DNA from: Octopus sinensis
Lineage: Eukaryota
Direction: 5' to 3'
NCBI RefSeq assembly: GCF_006345805.1
Contig: NW_021834487.1
Span: 124,001-188,000 of the forward strand
Length of the DNA: 64,000 nt
Shown here: positions 50,797 to 64,000 of the stretch, piece by piece
Layout: every line of letters begins with the position of its first letter
How positions within the stretch are numbered: the first letter of the stretch is position 1
Program-made: the position numbers and the translations under genes
The notes under the pieces: model-generated
The model's database searches: none
What the model saw: the letters and a program-made list of their open reading frames with translations, nothing else
What the model was told of the DNA's origin: nothing

Positions 50797-51606
50797 TATA
50801 TATATATATATATCAGTCTGTCTGTCTATCCCTCTATCTCCACGTCAGTAAATTTATGCTTGTGCATATGTATGTATTTATATGTCCATTTACATATGAT
50901 CGCGCACCCTCCATATGTGTGTGTGCGCGATGTGTGTAAACACTCATATCCTCTAGTCTTTTAGCAAACGAAAGAAATTGCCATTCGAAGTTGTATGTGG
51001 TATTCAATAATGAGTTTACACACCTGTACATTACTTAATGTTTCCTGGGCATCGAACATGCCTCATCATCCAGTGCTGAAACTCAAGGTGCATAGAGTAT
51101 TAAGACATTTTGAAATGGCTTCTATTTTCACGTATAGCTATTCTAAATTCCTTTTAAATTCACTCCGCTCTGACAGCAAACATGTGTTAATGTTGAATGA
51201 CGTGATCTGCATACATGAAACTTTATGTAATATGTATCTAAGTGAAACTAAGGCTTATGAACTACCTTAACGTTTAGTGTTGTTACGCTTTAAAGCGCAT
51301 AAAAAAAAATGCCGGAGTTTATTTTTAACGTAAGTGACGGTGAAAGATGTCAGGCTCCAAATCTAGAGGTCAGTAGCCCGACATGGGTGTTACGCGCTCA
51401 TCTAGTTGTCTAAAAGGCGATCTTGGCGTTACAGGCCAATTCTTGATTCACTTTTGCCCCAGGAAAAATGCAGCAGTGTCTGTGAAATGAGATGTGGCTT
51501 AATGTGCCCAAGGAGCAACTACAAGCTTTGCTCACTGCTCAGGTTTCTCGGGGAATGATTACTTTGTGTACCGCCAGCAGCCACACATAAAATCTCGACT
51601 TTGTCT

Positions 51607-51645
51607 ACTCTCTGATGAAGGTCAAGAAACCGAAACGTTATACAC
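51607..51645 (+). ncRNA. Hammerhead core motif with degenerate stem I
   Basis: CUGAUGA-a-GGU-caagaa-ACC-GAAA-CGUU; the 3' strand of stem I does not pair. Confidence 0.4.
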
Positions 51646-51979
51646 TCCACATGACCATTAAATCCACTCCATATTCCACGAACATACCATTAGTAGTATC
51701 ATATGTGGCAGCACAGCACAGTTATTTTAGTATTAGTAATTGTACAAACATTATCATTAGCAGTTACTATTGACACACATTAGTATTCGTGGTTGTTGAT
51801 ATACAACGGTATTTCACAGTTGCTGTGGTATGGGCAGTGGTTTCCCCGAAACAGTAGCAGTGGTATTCACAGTATATAAACATCACAGTGTTTAGTAGTT
51901 ATTTACATAGCATTACATAGATTCATAAAGATATAATACAACTGCAATATTAGCAGAAGTATAATACAGTAACAGCATT

Positions 51980-52270
51980 ATTTGGCATTACTTTTACTAC
52001 TAGTAGGAGTAGTTGTAGCAGTAGCAGCAATTGTAGTAGTGGTAGTAGTAGTAATGGCGGTGGCGGCGGTGGTGGTGGGCATCGTGATGGAGGCGCCGGT
52101 GTTGACGACAGAGGCGGCAGTTGCACGGCAATGGCGCTGGAACAGTGGCGGTGGCAGTGGAGACGGCCGCAAGTGTGGTTGTGGTGGTAGTGTTGGTAGT
52201 AGTTCTTGTGGAACGTTCTGCGGAGGAAAACAATAGTAGTGCTTGCTCGTGGTGATATTATTATTATTAT

Positions 52271-52308
<38 letters not shown>

Positions 52309-52530
52309 TAGTAGTAGTAGTAGTAGTAGTAGTGATAGTAGTGGTGGTGGTGGTGGTAGTAGTAGTAGTAGCAGCAGTAGTAGTAGTAGTATAGTAGTAG
52401 TAGTAGTAGTAGTATAGTAGTAGTAGTAGGTGTTGTGATCATAATGGCAGTAGTTACGGTGGTGGTTGTGGTAGTAGTAGTAGTAGTAGGTGTTGTGATC
52501 ATAATGGCAGTAGTTACGGTGGTGGTTGTG

Positions 52531-52569
<39 letters not shown>

Positions 52570-52598
52570 ATAGTAGTGGTGGTGGTGGTGGTGGTAGC

Positions 52599-52629
<31 letters not shown>

Positions 52630-52712
52630 AGTAGTAGTAGTAGTAGTAGTAGTAGAATTGCCAGCAGTAGTCGAAACATTACTTAGTAGTAGTAGTAGTA
52701 GTAGTAGTAGTG
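51980..52712. repeat. (TAG)n/(TGG)n trinucleotide low-complexity tract with an internal 60-bp duplication
   Basis: Visible arrays; ggtgttgtgatcataatggcagtagttacggtgg recurs at a 60-bp offset (52429 and 52489). Confidence 0.9.
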
Positions 52713-53020
52713 TTAAAAGTCATTTCTCATCCGTCTGTTTTTCTGCTACCGCAGTCTGTCAACCTACTGACCCCACTTCAAAAGCCACAAACACAACAAA
52801 ACTTCTACTTTTTAGTCAGGTCAAGAGGCAAGATGAGTGTTAATTTCACATAAAATTTACACTGAGTTCAGATTAACATCACAAATACTTCGATGGGGTT
52901 TCCAAATGTCAACACTTTATAGAAGAACTTATAAAGATAATTGTATTTTAGCAGGGTATTTTTTTCTTATTATTTTGTTTTTGGTTTTATTACTGTGTGC
53001 GTGTGTGTGTTCACCTCATG

Positions 53021-53067
<47 letters not shown>

Positions 53068-53664
53068 CGGTAATGATATTAATAATTGTGTAGGTGGCAG
53101 TCAAAAACTCAATATTAGATTTATAGTCATTTTATCGACTCCGGAAGAATAAAAAATCAAAGCTTAATTCTATCGGCGTGATTTGAACCCAAAACGTAAA
53201 ACGCTGTAATTAAATACTGCATGACACCCCACTGTTTTTTCTTATTATATTATGAATATATTATGAATAAAGACTTTTTTATTAGCACAAGAAAGGCAAC
53301 AGGGAAATTACTAAGACAAAACGTAAAACTAGATGGGGTTTGGTGGGTATATGCGGTAAACTAGTGGTAGGGCAAGGAAAAGACCTTTTAGATTTGTTCA
53401 TGGTACCAATTTGAAAGCTTCCCGGAAGGAAATTCTGTATGGTAGACCCACTGTATGGTAGACCCACTGTATTGTAGACCCACTGTATGATAGCTTGGGC
53501 AAACTTCTTGTAATACAGCGCCGAGACGATCAATGCATTCGGGGTGAATTAGGTATAAGGAAACTGTCTGTAAGTCCGTCGTCTACATGCACAGATACAC
53601 ATACACAGATACACATAGACACACACACGTACGCGCTCACACACACACACACACACACACACAT

Positions 53665-54551
53665 AAGGTGTGGGTGCGTGGTTAGAAACTTGCTAACCAG
53701 CCACATGGTTCCGGATTCAGTACCACTGCGTGACACATTGGACCGGTATCTTCTACTGTAGCGTCGAACCAACCAAAGCCTTGTGAGTGGATTTCGTGGA
53801 TGGAAACTGAAAGAAGCCCGTTGTGTGTGTGTGTGTATGTGTGTGCGCGCACGCTCTTCATCACCACTTCACAATCGGTGTTGGTGTGCTCACGTCCCCG
53901 TAACTTAACTTTTCGGCAGAAGAGACCGACAGAATAAGTACTAGGCTTCAAAAACAAGTCCTAGGGGCGATTTATTCGACTAAAACCCTTTAAGATGGTG
54001 CTCCAGCATGGCCACAGTCAAATAACTGAAGCACATAAACGAATAAAAGAATATATTGTTTTGTATTATTATATATTTAGTGGCACATTTGGCAAGTGTC
54101 TCCTAATATAGCCTTGGGCTCACCAAAGCATTGTGAATGGATTTGGTAGACGGGAAACTGAAAGAAGCCCATTCGTATATATATATGTGTGTGAGTGAGC
54201 ACGAGAGTGTTTTGTGTCTATGTTTACATACCCGTAACTTAGCTGTTTCACAAAAGAGACTAGCAGAATGAGAACCAAGCTTTAAATAAATCGATGCACT
54301 CCACTAAAAATTTTTCAAGAAGTTGTCCCAGCATGGCTGCAGTGTAATGACCTCCACAAGGAAGAGATAGAAAGAGCCAAAAATGTATATATATATATAT
54401 ATATAATATATGTAAAAGTAAAAGAATATACAAACTGTGACAAGAACGTGAAAGATTTAGAAGACGACACAAAAAACACGGACGGGACATTCGAAGCCCT
54501 CAATCATCAGTCAAGAACCGGATCATCTTCGCAATTTCGGCTGATTAATCT

Positions 54552-54608
<57 letters not shown>

Positions 54609-54850
54609 TGTGTGTGTACATAGATTTCTCTTTCTGTTTGTGTCTTTCCTCCACTGCTTGACAACCGGTGGTATTTGATTACGTCACTTGGCGATTCGGT
54701 AGAAGTTACAGAATACGTACCAAACAATATAAAAAAACAAAAAAAACAGGAAGTACTAGGGGTCGATTTATTCGGCAAAACTCTTCAAGGTTGTGCCCTA
54801 GTATGGCTGCAGTCCAAAGACTGAAGCAAGGAATAGACAAAAGGTAAAAT
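53665..54850 (+). mobile_element. Cluster of three SINE family A copies or fragments
   Basis: About 53665-54050, 54080-54380 and 54600-54850 each carry family A motifs. Confidence 0.75.
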
Positions 54851-55197
54851 ATATACCTATGTCCAGAACGTCTCTCAGACCGTACAATCGGCTTTCTGAG
54901 ATTGAATACTTTTGATTATCCTAAGAATCCAGGATTCGAGTTGAACTCGAACTTTCTCCTAAAGATGTAATAACTAAGTCAATATATTCGAATAGCAAAA
55001 TCTCTACCGAAAAATGTTTTCAAATAAATTGAAAATACAAGCAAGTTCCCACCTACAACATGTATCTATGTATCTTAAAATTTCGTATCTTTTGAAAATC
55101 TGGCTGCTTCTTATATCAATTGTTTTTCTTAAATAAATTTCCAACAAATATTCAGCTGCTTTCATGCATCAGTCATGCTCATATACATATACATATG

Positions 55198-55253
<56 letters not shown>

Positions 55254-55389
55254 ATCTACGTATGTAGATACGGATAGAACAAGCATCAGGCTTTTAAAAA
55301 ATGCCGGGGCGGTGTGTTCAAATTCACTCTTCAAAGCGATTCCCCTCGACATAGCCGAGGCATGGACGCAGTTGTATGACTGAAAGAAG

Positions 55390-55436
<47 letters not shown>

Positions 55437-55457
55437 TACACGCACACACACACACAC

Positions 55458-55491
<34 letters not shown>

Positions 55492-57329
55492 TACACACTC
55501 AGATGTATAGATATGTGTGTGTGTACCCCAGAATAGTTGCAATCATATCACAGGGCCTTATTTTGCTGCTACGCCTATGCTGCAATTGTGGTGTTCGCGA
55601 ATGAAAATATGTTTCTTGGCTACGTGAATAAGTAAGTGAACAACAACCTGGGACATTTAACATCAGGATTTGCTGTCGCATATAAAAACAATCTGCGTTG
55701 GCCTTTTACAATCAACAACAGTAATAATTACAGACTTGGAGAGAGATACTGCTCTGAAATTACAAATAACTATTGGAACGGCAACATGTGATTTTCCTAG
55801 CATATCTGAAATTATTTACGTTATCTTCATGGCGATGGAGTTTCTTGGTCATCTATCCTAGGCCATTTGTCTGGGACATCCGCTTAAGCCGTCTGAATGG
55901 AGACACATGTAGCTGAGCTGCCTCAGCATTCTGCAAAGCGTGTAGGTGAGAAAAGTGGCTGCTTTTTAGGGTACAAGAAGATTATAAAAGATTGAATTAT
56001 GCTACGGCTTGACGCTTATTGTTTGCTTAATAGATCGATCGCGTGAAACTATTGTGGTTCGTTCGGGATGTCTGCATATGTAAGTTGTGATTCAGAGAAG
56101 CAACGCGAGCCAGGTAGTAATAAATTACGGAATCAGTGACGTATTCTCTATCACTATCCTACCTATTACGGAATTTCCTCCATCAGCCTATTCCGGTGGA
56201 AGTTTTGAGTTTCTGCTCGCAAACAAGTTCATCCGAACGACTGGACCGAACCAAAGCGTTTAACCTTATTCTTGGTCCTGTCTCAGATACTGACGAGTTT
56301 GAATTTGCCCAAAGTTATATTTAATTTGCAGTATATTATTCCTTGGTCAAACGCTTGGAACATAGGCCTGAAAATTAGACTATTTATATTAAATGCCCAC
56401 AGTTATATTTATACCGAACTGTACATGGGTATAACAACTTAATTTTTATTTTTAAATCTTCCAAACTTTTGGCCACAACTGTATATTTATGTTTTTCCTC
56501 GTAACCAATCGGTAAGTCAAGTTTGTTTTTATATCTTATCGTCTTTTACCTTTTTTAAATCGTCTATATTCTTTTTCTGTAGGGAAAAGACTTGAAATTT
56601 GCGGGGAGGGTCTCTAGTCGGTTATATCGACTTTCCTGTGCAACTAGTGCGTATTCTACCGACCTTGAAATGATAAATGAAAAAGTTGACCTCGGTGGGA
56701 TTTGAACTCAGAATGTAAAGAGCCGGAAGAAATACCGCTAAGCGTTTTTCCTGACATGCTAGCGATTCTACTAAGCCACCGCTCTTTACACGGTATATAC
56801 ACAATATATTACATCAATGATGGAGCCAATACGTCATAAATGGGAAAGTTGTTAACAATCAGAGACGAAGTACATAAGAATATGTGCCGAGAAATATAAT
56901 TAATGTTTAATTTTACGAATTCATAATTACGCACGCGATCGCATCAAGCAACTTTAATTAAAACGTTAAAATGCATTAATTAAGCACATAGTTGTAATGA
57001 TTTAAATGCCGAAATGCCAAAGCTGCTACAGAGTCAAATATTTGAAATATAATTCTTACCTAAGCATCTTAATGAAGTTGGTTCTACCTAAGCACCGAAT
57101 GAAGTTGGTTCTACTTTGTTTTGGAACTTTCGGTGATGTTATATATAGGATTAATGTTTTTACAATTCCTTGTTCGTTTGCAAAATTATAAGGTCTAAAT
57201 CACGGCTTCTCGGCTAAATTTAAAGTTGAGAAATATTGTTCGCATCGATAAGAATGAAGCAATTTTTTTTAGTGGATGAGTCCACGAAAGTAGTTTTTTT
57301 TTCTTCTTTTTTCAGTATCACAGATAAAG

Positions 57330-57725
57330 ATAACGCTGTATGGTTTAGATGTTCACTTTGCAACCAGTATTTTCGGTTTCAGTCCCACTGCGCGGATCCT
57401 TGAGAAAGTGTCTTCCTGTATAGTCCCTGATCGAACAGTACCTCGTGAATGAATTTAAAAAATGAAAACTGTGTGAGAGCCTGTTTTGTATACGCATGTA
57501 TATCTATATGTGTATATCTGTTTTCATGACTCTGTTTGTCCCCACACAGCTTGATAACTAGTGTTAATTTGTTTAAGTTCTAGTAACATAGCAGTTGAAA
57601 GAAATTTACAGAATAAGTAGTACCAGACCTTAAAAAAGTACTAAGATCTATCATATCCACTGAAACCCGCCAACGCGGAACTCCAGCCTGGCCGCATTGC
57701 AATGACTAAAATAAAATGTAAAAGA
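57330..57725 (+). mobile_element. Old degenerate SINE family A copy
   Basis: ttcagtcccactgcgcgg...ctccagcctggccgcattgcaatgact. Confidence 0.65.
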
Positions 57726-58726
57726 TAAACTCCTCAAGATATTCTAGTTGTAGTTCTACGAATGTAATTTTTTTGTTTGTTTATTTTGTTTACAGTTGTG
57801 CCAGGAACTAGAGTAGAATAAAGTCAGAGCTCCTGATAATGGCCGAAATGCGAAAAATTAAACTGATTCAACTTTTGTAATTGTAAATTCCTTTATGTAG
57901 TTAATGATATCCACCAAGTATTACAAACCACGTAACCAACAAGCGAGCCTCCATGGAGTCATCAAGCATGCTAGAAATATCAGCTAAACATACCTGAAGT
58001 TACACTTTATAGTCTAAGAAATGGAAAGATCACATTGAATAATATGGTCACAGACACAACGTCTGGAATAAAAGATAAATTGGTTCTAGCTGGAATTCCT
58101 TTGATCATAAGTTTGTTCGATCAAGACTGACTAAGCTTCAACAACAACAACAACAACAACAACACTTTTGGTTTCCGAAGTTCGAAACGGGAATGCCTTT
58201 AATATCGACGAGGAGATTCTTTTCATCTTATACTTCACAGGAGCCCTTGGCCAGTGAACAGCACAATAGTATAATAAATTACCGCAGTCTACTTCAAGGT
58301 AACTTTAAAATTTCTATAAATTCTCTATTGCTCGATAACTTCATTTTGTGCAGAATAAATACTTTTCCATACCACTTTCATCAAATTGCTCATTCGCAGA
58401 CACAGCACACAATCGTTTTGTTGAAGAAAATAAAGACACATTAGTAAAGTATTACTATTCTTTTGTGGGTTTAGGTTTGTTGGTTCTTTCCGAATTAAAG
58501 CGATAAGTTCTTCCCGAATTCCTATAATGTGTATTTTTTGTTTTGTCTTGTTTTGTTTTGTTTTGTTTTGTTTTTCTTTTATGCTGAGTAAAATCGAAAT
58601 CTCTTTTGTTGACCTGACCTCAGAAAAAATATATCGTTACCCGCCTTCCTCAGTAGCACTGTGCAAACACATGTACATGAGTAAATCTCGTATCCTAAGT
58701 GCAACTATAACTATATATACTGTATA

Positions 58727-60064
58727 CGAGGGGGTACCCAAAAGTAACCGGAAACATTCTTTGTGTGACAAACCCGTTATAGTTCAGTCTCCCGCCATAA
58801 TAAGTCACTTGATGCGACCCTCAGGCAACAGTATGCCGACTGACGTTGTTGAGTGTAGTTGTACTGCCACATGATGCGTACTTGTTTTGCAGTGCTTCTC
58901 CCCTGTTCGTCGATTGTACCGATGTTTCAAACGAAGGAACAGCGTGCTTCCATGAAGTCCTGCTTTCTGCTGGGGGAAAACGGCGGCCGAAACAGTTGTC
59001 ATGATTCAAACTTCAAACAACTTACGAAGGACGCTGCCAGGAGGAAAACACAAGTTTACGAGTAGTTCTCATGCTTTACGAACGGTCACTTGTCGCATGA
59101 AGACCAACCTCGTTCAAGACGATCGTCAACCTCACGAACGAATGAAAACATCATGGAAATTCATGAACTGATCATGGAGGACCGTCACCGAACAATTGAC
59201 TAACTTGTTGATATGACTGGTGTATCTTGGAGCAAGGAATTTTTGAGCAAGGGACACATTATTTATAGGCGCAGGAGTGGCTGTGTGATAAGTAGCTTGC
59301 TTACCAACCACATGGTTCCGGGTTCAGTCCCACTGCGTGGCACCTTCGGCAAGTGTCTTCTACTATAGCCTCGGACCGACCAAAGCCTTGTGAGTGGATT
59401 TGGTAGACAGAAACTGAAAGAAGCCCGTCGTATATATGTATATGTATATATATATATATGTGTCTGTGTTTGTGTGTCTGTGTTTGTCCACCCCAACATC
59501 GCTTGACGATCGATAGTGGTGTGTTTACGTCCCCGTAATCTAGCGGTTCGGCAAAAGAGACTGATATAATAAGTACTAGGCTTACAAAGAATAAGTCCTG
59601 GGGTGGATTTGCTGGAGTAATGAAGGTGCTCCAGCATGGCCGCAGTCAAATGACTGAAACAAGTAACAGAGTAAGGAATTGCGAATGAAAATAATTGCAG
59701 CAAAATTCGTGCCACGCTTGCTCACGGAAGATCAAAAGCAGTCACGACCGAATGCCTGTCGTGAACTGAAAAAAACAGTTGGAAGTTGATCCGGACCGGG
59801 CCTTTTTTTGAATGTCATCGCTGGTGACGAAAGCTAGTGCTACGAAATTTTCATATGTGGAAATAGTGAAGAGAAAAACGCCTAAGGTGTTAAAAGGCAT
59901 CAGTTCGCAAGAGTTCCAACACTGCTTCGAACAGTGCAAAACGCGTCTGGACCGATGCATTGATTCAAATGGAGAATACTCTGAAAGAGATAAAAGGTAA
60001 ACGTGTAAAACTAAGTGATTAAAATAATATTGTAAAATTCCGGTTTCTTTCGGGTACTCCCTCG
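58727..60064 (+). mobile_element. Internally deleted mariner element with terminal inverted repeats, interrupted by a SINE
   Basis: TIRs cgagggggtacccaaaagtaaccggaa / ttccggtttctttcgggtactccctcg. Peptide remnants KEQRASMKSCFLLG, KTQVYE*F...EDQPRS, IAAKFVPRLLTEDQKQ and EFQHCFEQCKTRLDRCIDSNGEY. Confidence 0.9.
59268..59674 (+). mobile_element. Full-length SINE family A nested in the mariner element
   Basis: Matches 7483-7898; the transposase sequence resumes after it. Confidence 0.92.
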
Positions 60065-60399
60065 AATACTATATTTGCTAACTTATTTTACGAATAAAGC
60101 AAAATTCTTTGACACTGCTTGATATTTTGCTGTATACTTCGAAATTGGCAACCATATATCTTTATATTTTGACACTGTTATTGATATTGTTAAATACGTC
60201 TTTTATACATTCACAAGCAACTGTCCTCTTCAATATACTAATATTCCTACATGTATTCCGAAGTGCTGCATTATGGAATTTCGGCCGTGTTTCGTGGTCT
60301 GCTACCACACCAGCTCTTTTATATCATCCAGTTAGCTCAAGACATCATCAGGAGAAACCACGTCCGGTTTCGGCTCCTATTCTTCTACCGTTTTGACGT

Positions 60400-61200
60400 G
60401 GCGCCCCCCTCATCTTTCGGAGGTGTCTTCAGCTCTGGTGTTGGGTGCATACCTTCTTTATTCTTCTTTCTTCTGTTCCATGGCCTCTTCGCTGTAGCAT
60501 CAACGGGTGTCAGTGGGCGACTGACTGCCCTGTCAAATTTTACTCTCCTTATTAGTTTTCTCAGCTACGAGCTAGAAAAAAACAAATCTTCTTTTGAATA
60601 GCGTTGCCATTTTTCTGTCAATGAAGCTCTTAGCCCCCACTGCCAGGTGGTAATACTCGACATTCCGTCCCTGTTCTCTGCACTCTTCGATTAGTTTTTC
60701 GTACCTCTTCTCCTTTCGCTTCTCTGCATTGTCGATGTTCTCTTTTCATAGCACTTGTCAGTTCTTGCAAAATTCCTATTCTCCGTTCTCTGTCCCATTG
60801 GACTAAATCTGGTCTTTTTGTCGTTTTTATGAGTGGAAATGTTACTAGTCTTTCCAAATCCGTGGCCAGCTCCCAGTATCCCCTCCATCTTTCGTCTATC
60901 TCGTATGTTTTATTTGTAGGCCTGGTTTTATATTCTTTTCCCTCCTTCTGAAAGTATACTTTCCTGTGCTTTTCCACTTTTGGGTACTCTCCCCTATTGT
61001 ATCTCTCGATCTTCTCCTTGAGTGCTGCGCTTATGACGCTGAGGACATGATTATGACGCCATGTGTACTTTCTAGTGCTAGTCTGCAATTTGACAGAACA
61101 TGTCTAACCGTCGTTTTCTCTCCGCATCTACCTTCATCAGTTGTTTTATGTTCCACCGAACTAAGATGACGGTAGAACGTCGAAGGTAGACTTGATCAGG
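60400..61200 (-). mobile_element. RLE-type non-LTR retrotransposon 3' fragment (Hero/NeSL-like)
   Basis: CGEKTTVRHVLSNC (Zn-knuckle), YTWRHNHVL, and TTKRPDLVQWD...ILQELT (PD-(D/E)xK restriction-like endonuclease). Confidence 0.8.
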
Positions 61201-61388
61201 AACATCGCTTGACAACCGATGCTGGAGTGTTTACGTCCCCGTAACGTAACGGTTCGGCAAAAGCTACCGATTGAAGAAGTACTGGGTTTACAAATAATAA
61301 GCCATGGGGTCGATTTCCTCGACTAAATGCGATGCTCCAGCATGGCCACAGTCAAATGACTGAAACAAGTAAAAGAGTAAAAGAGTAA
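61200..61388 (+). mobile_element. SINE family A 3' half
   Basis: Family A tail with (taaaagag)n. Confidence 0.85.
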
Positions 61389-62379
61389 TTAACTGGATAT
61401 TCACCTCTATAACAATTATTTCCATAAACACATCACTTACCGAGTGGAATTTCAAAGTTTCTTGTGAACCAACGAGGGAATATCTATGCAATCGCTACTC
61501 GATCCTAGAAAAAGCAAATAACCTTTTTCAGAACTCTCACTCTAATCACACCTTACTCGCAATCTGAAAAGAGGGCAAGATATATTTGATGATGCATCTA
61601 AGAGCATAGACGTGGCGGGTCACGGTCAGAAGGCCTATAATCCTAGAGCTAGATCAAGGCTCAACCAGGAGGTAAGTAACAACAACAACAACAATAAAAA
61701 TAAAAACTACTAAAACTACATATGAACGTTTCATTTGGTGTTTTCGTTGGATAATATCTGGAAATTGTGTTACGCACTCGTTGCTAGATGAAATATCTAA
61801 ATGTTGTAGAAAGTACGAAGTGGAATAATTAATTTTGAGCAATATTAATCAATTTCATCAACTGATGCCTGCTCAGGAGCAAAGACTGATTGATAGTCAA
61901 TTATTTCGAAATAATTTTGCTCGAGTTTAATCAATTTAGAAAAAATTAAATCAACTTCAATTCAGCACTGCAATCTAGCGTAAAAACTCATTGGTAATAT
62001 TGTTGTCGTAGTAGTAGTAGTAGTAATAGAGTAGTCGACTCGTTGTCGTCGTAGTCATTGTTGTTAAACCTCGGCTTTTTCCTGATCATGTAAACCTTTA
62101 ATCAAAGTCATTGCAGCTGTGACTATCCCGGTTTTGTTTAGTGTTGTCTTGTTGAATTTATTTCTTTTTACATCCTATATCTTGAACTACATTTATCAAT
62201 AGGTCGTTCCTTTTTCAAGACGGCAGAAAGGTTCGGCGACTGCATAGAGAGTCATTAGTTGACTCGTTGCCGATGTTGTTGATGCTTGTTTTTGTTGAAG
62301 ACTCCAAGTCGACTGTGATAGAGCAAACCTCTGATGAGTCATAATCTACCTATGACACTTTCTATTTTTTTTCTTTTGA

Positions 62380-62750
62380 ATTGTTTCAGTCATTTAACTG
62401 CGGCCATGCTGGAGCACCGCCTTTAAGTCGACCAAATCTACCCCAGCACTTATTCTTTGTAAGCCTAGTACTTATTCTATCGGTCTCTTTTTGCCGAACC
62501 GCTAAGTTACGGGGACGTAAACACACCACCATCGATTGTCAAGCGATGTTGGGGGTCAAGCACAGACACACAAACATAGGCACACACATACATATACATA
62601 TATATACACATCGACCAAATCCACTCACAAGGCTTTGGTCGGCCCGAGGCTATAGCAGAAGACATTTGCCCAAGGTGCCACGCAGTAGGAATGAACCCGG
62701 AACCATGCAGTTGGTAAGCTAGCTACTTACCACACAGCCACTCCGGCGCC
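62380..62750 (-). mobile_element. SINE family A copy
   Basis: Reverse complement of family A, with a central deletion. Confidence 0.88.
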
Positions 62751-63378
62751 AATATATTCGATTATTTTTCAAACTGCATTCCGGAATACATTATCAAATA
62801 CGTGTTCTTTTTTAAAAGCTGCAACGGTGTGTTTAGAAGTAAATCTGACGGATATTTGTTTCACCTAAATACGGATTGCAAAGTGGCTGCGATAGTAATG
62901 TTGTTTGTCCCTAGGTCACAAAAATGTATGATCGATGGTCTGTTGTCTTAATTTGTTTTGTCAGATCTATTGCATCTACGACCGTGTAATAAAATGTGTT
63001 CGTCATATATTTGGATTGTAACGAGAATTTGGAAAGGTAATTGGTTGCTTTTCTACCATGTAGAAAATCCCTCGTTAGCTTTACCTGTTGATTAGTCTTT
63101 CAGTGGTTAATTATAATTTACTGATTCACAAGTCAAAGAGCTATCCTGCATGGCCGCAATCAAAAGACTGAAACAAGTAGAATAAATAAATATATATATA
63201 TTCTTGAAAACAGGCGCTGATGTGATGTGTGCTAAGTGTTCAGTCCCACTGCGTGGCACCTTGGGCAACAATCTTCTACTATACCCTCCGGCCGACCACA
63301 ATCTTGTGAGTGGATTTGGTAGATGGAAGCTGAAAGAAGCCCGCTGTATATACATATATAATATATATATATATATAT

Positions 63379-63443
<65 letters not shown>

Positions 63444-64000
63444 CAGATACATACATACATGCACACGTACACACACACACGCACACACACACACACACAC
63501 GCACACACACACACACACGCACACATATATACACAGGCATAACTCGGGTTAAGTCGTTTCGATTTAAGTTGTTCTCAATTGTACGTCGGCTTCTTAAAAA
63601 ATATTATATGGAAAAATAAAAATCAAGTTAAGTCATTTTACTCGACTTTACGTCTGTTCGCCACAAATATTGGAATCGTAAAATCATTAGAAAAACGTGA
63701 GAAGCACATGAAATCATGTTACTGTACAATAAATAAGAATAAAAGCATATAAAATCATAATAAAAAAAGCGTACAATAGATGTTAAGATAATCACCATAA
63801 AGTAGTGTAGCTTAGTGAACGAAATCATGAAATCCCGAAAACATCGAATTGTATGTGCGTATTGGTAAATTTAAAATAATTTATTTATTTTATTTATTTA
63901 TTTAATTATTTTTGCTATTGCGAAATAATAATAATTACTGAATTTGTTTATTAAGCTTAAAAAAGTCTTTTATTTTACCATGTCTTATTGCATAAATAAA

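Noticed and set aside
53433-53490. Three copies of a 16-17-bp unit gtagacccactgtat(t)g
   Set aside because: Ordinary minisatellite with no spacers or other structure.
54480-54552. Minus-strand ctgatga and gccgaaa motifs
   Set aside because: GAAA precedes CUGAUGA without the stems needed for a type II or III topology.
57825-57860. ctgataa-tggcc-gaaa hammerhead-like string
   Set aside because: C3-A8 mismatch, no stem II and no NUH/stem I arrangement.

Overview
AT-rich, microsatellite-saturated eukaryotic DNA with no clearly intact host gene. The two abundant tRNA-derived SINE families and the (TA)n/(CA)n/(TACA)n/(TAA)n load suggest a cephalopod such as Octopus (inference). The window is mostly decayed transposons: Tc1/mariner remnants and a MITE, CR1-like, RTE, Dong/R4-like and Hero/NeSL-like LINE fragments, and three Penelope-like elements (PLEs), one nearly full length with inverted ~670-bp termini. 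The main signal is a set of hammerhead ribozyme (HHR) motifs found by eye. The clearest is a young ~3.8-copy tandem array of a non-coding, highly structured 360-bp unit (9067-10580). It has one minimal type-I HHR per unit on the minus strand and a terminal fold-back inversion, as expected of a non-LTR retrozyme. Other HHR motifs sit in a tRNA-headed SINE (~25.1 kb), a PLE 3' region (~22.6 kb), a second fold-back family (~32.0 and ~49.3 kb) and at ~48.6, ~49.1 and ~51.6 kb. Also notable are five fixed-spacing CCAAT/CRE modules plus a TATA box in a PLE 3' region, and a SINE tail matching a LINE 3' UTR with a compensatory hairpin change. All calls are manual; no searches or folding programs were run.
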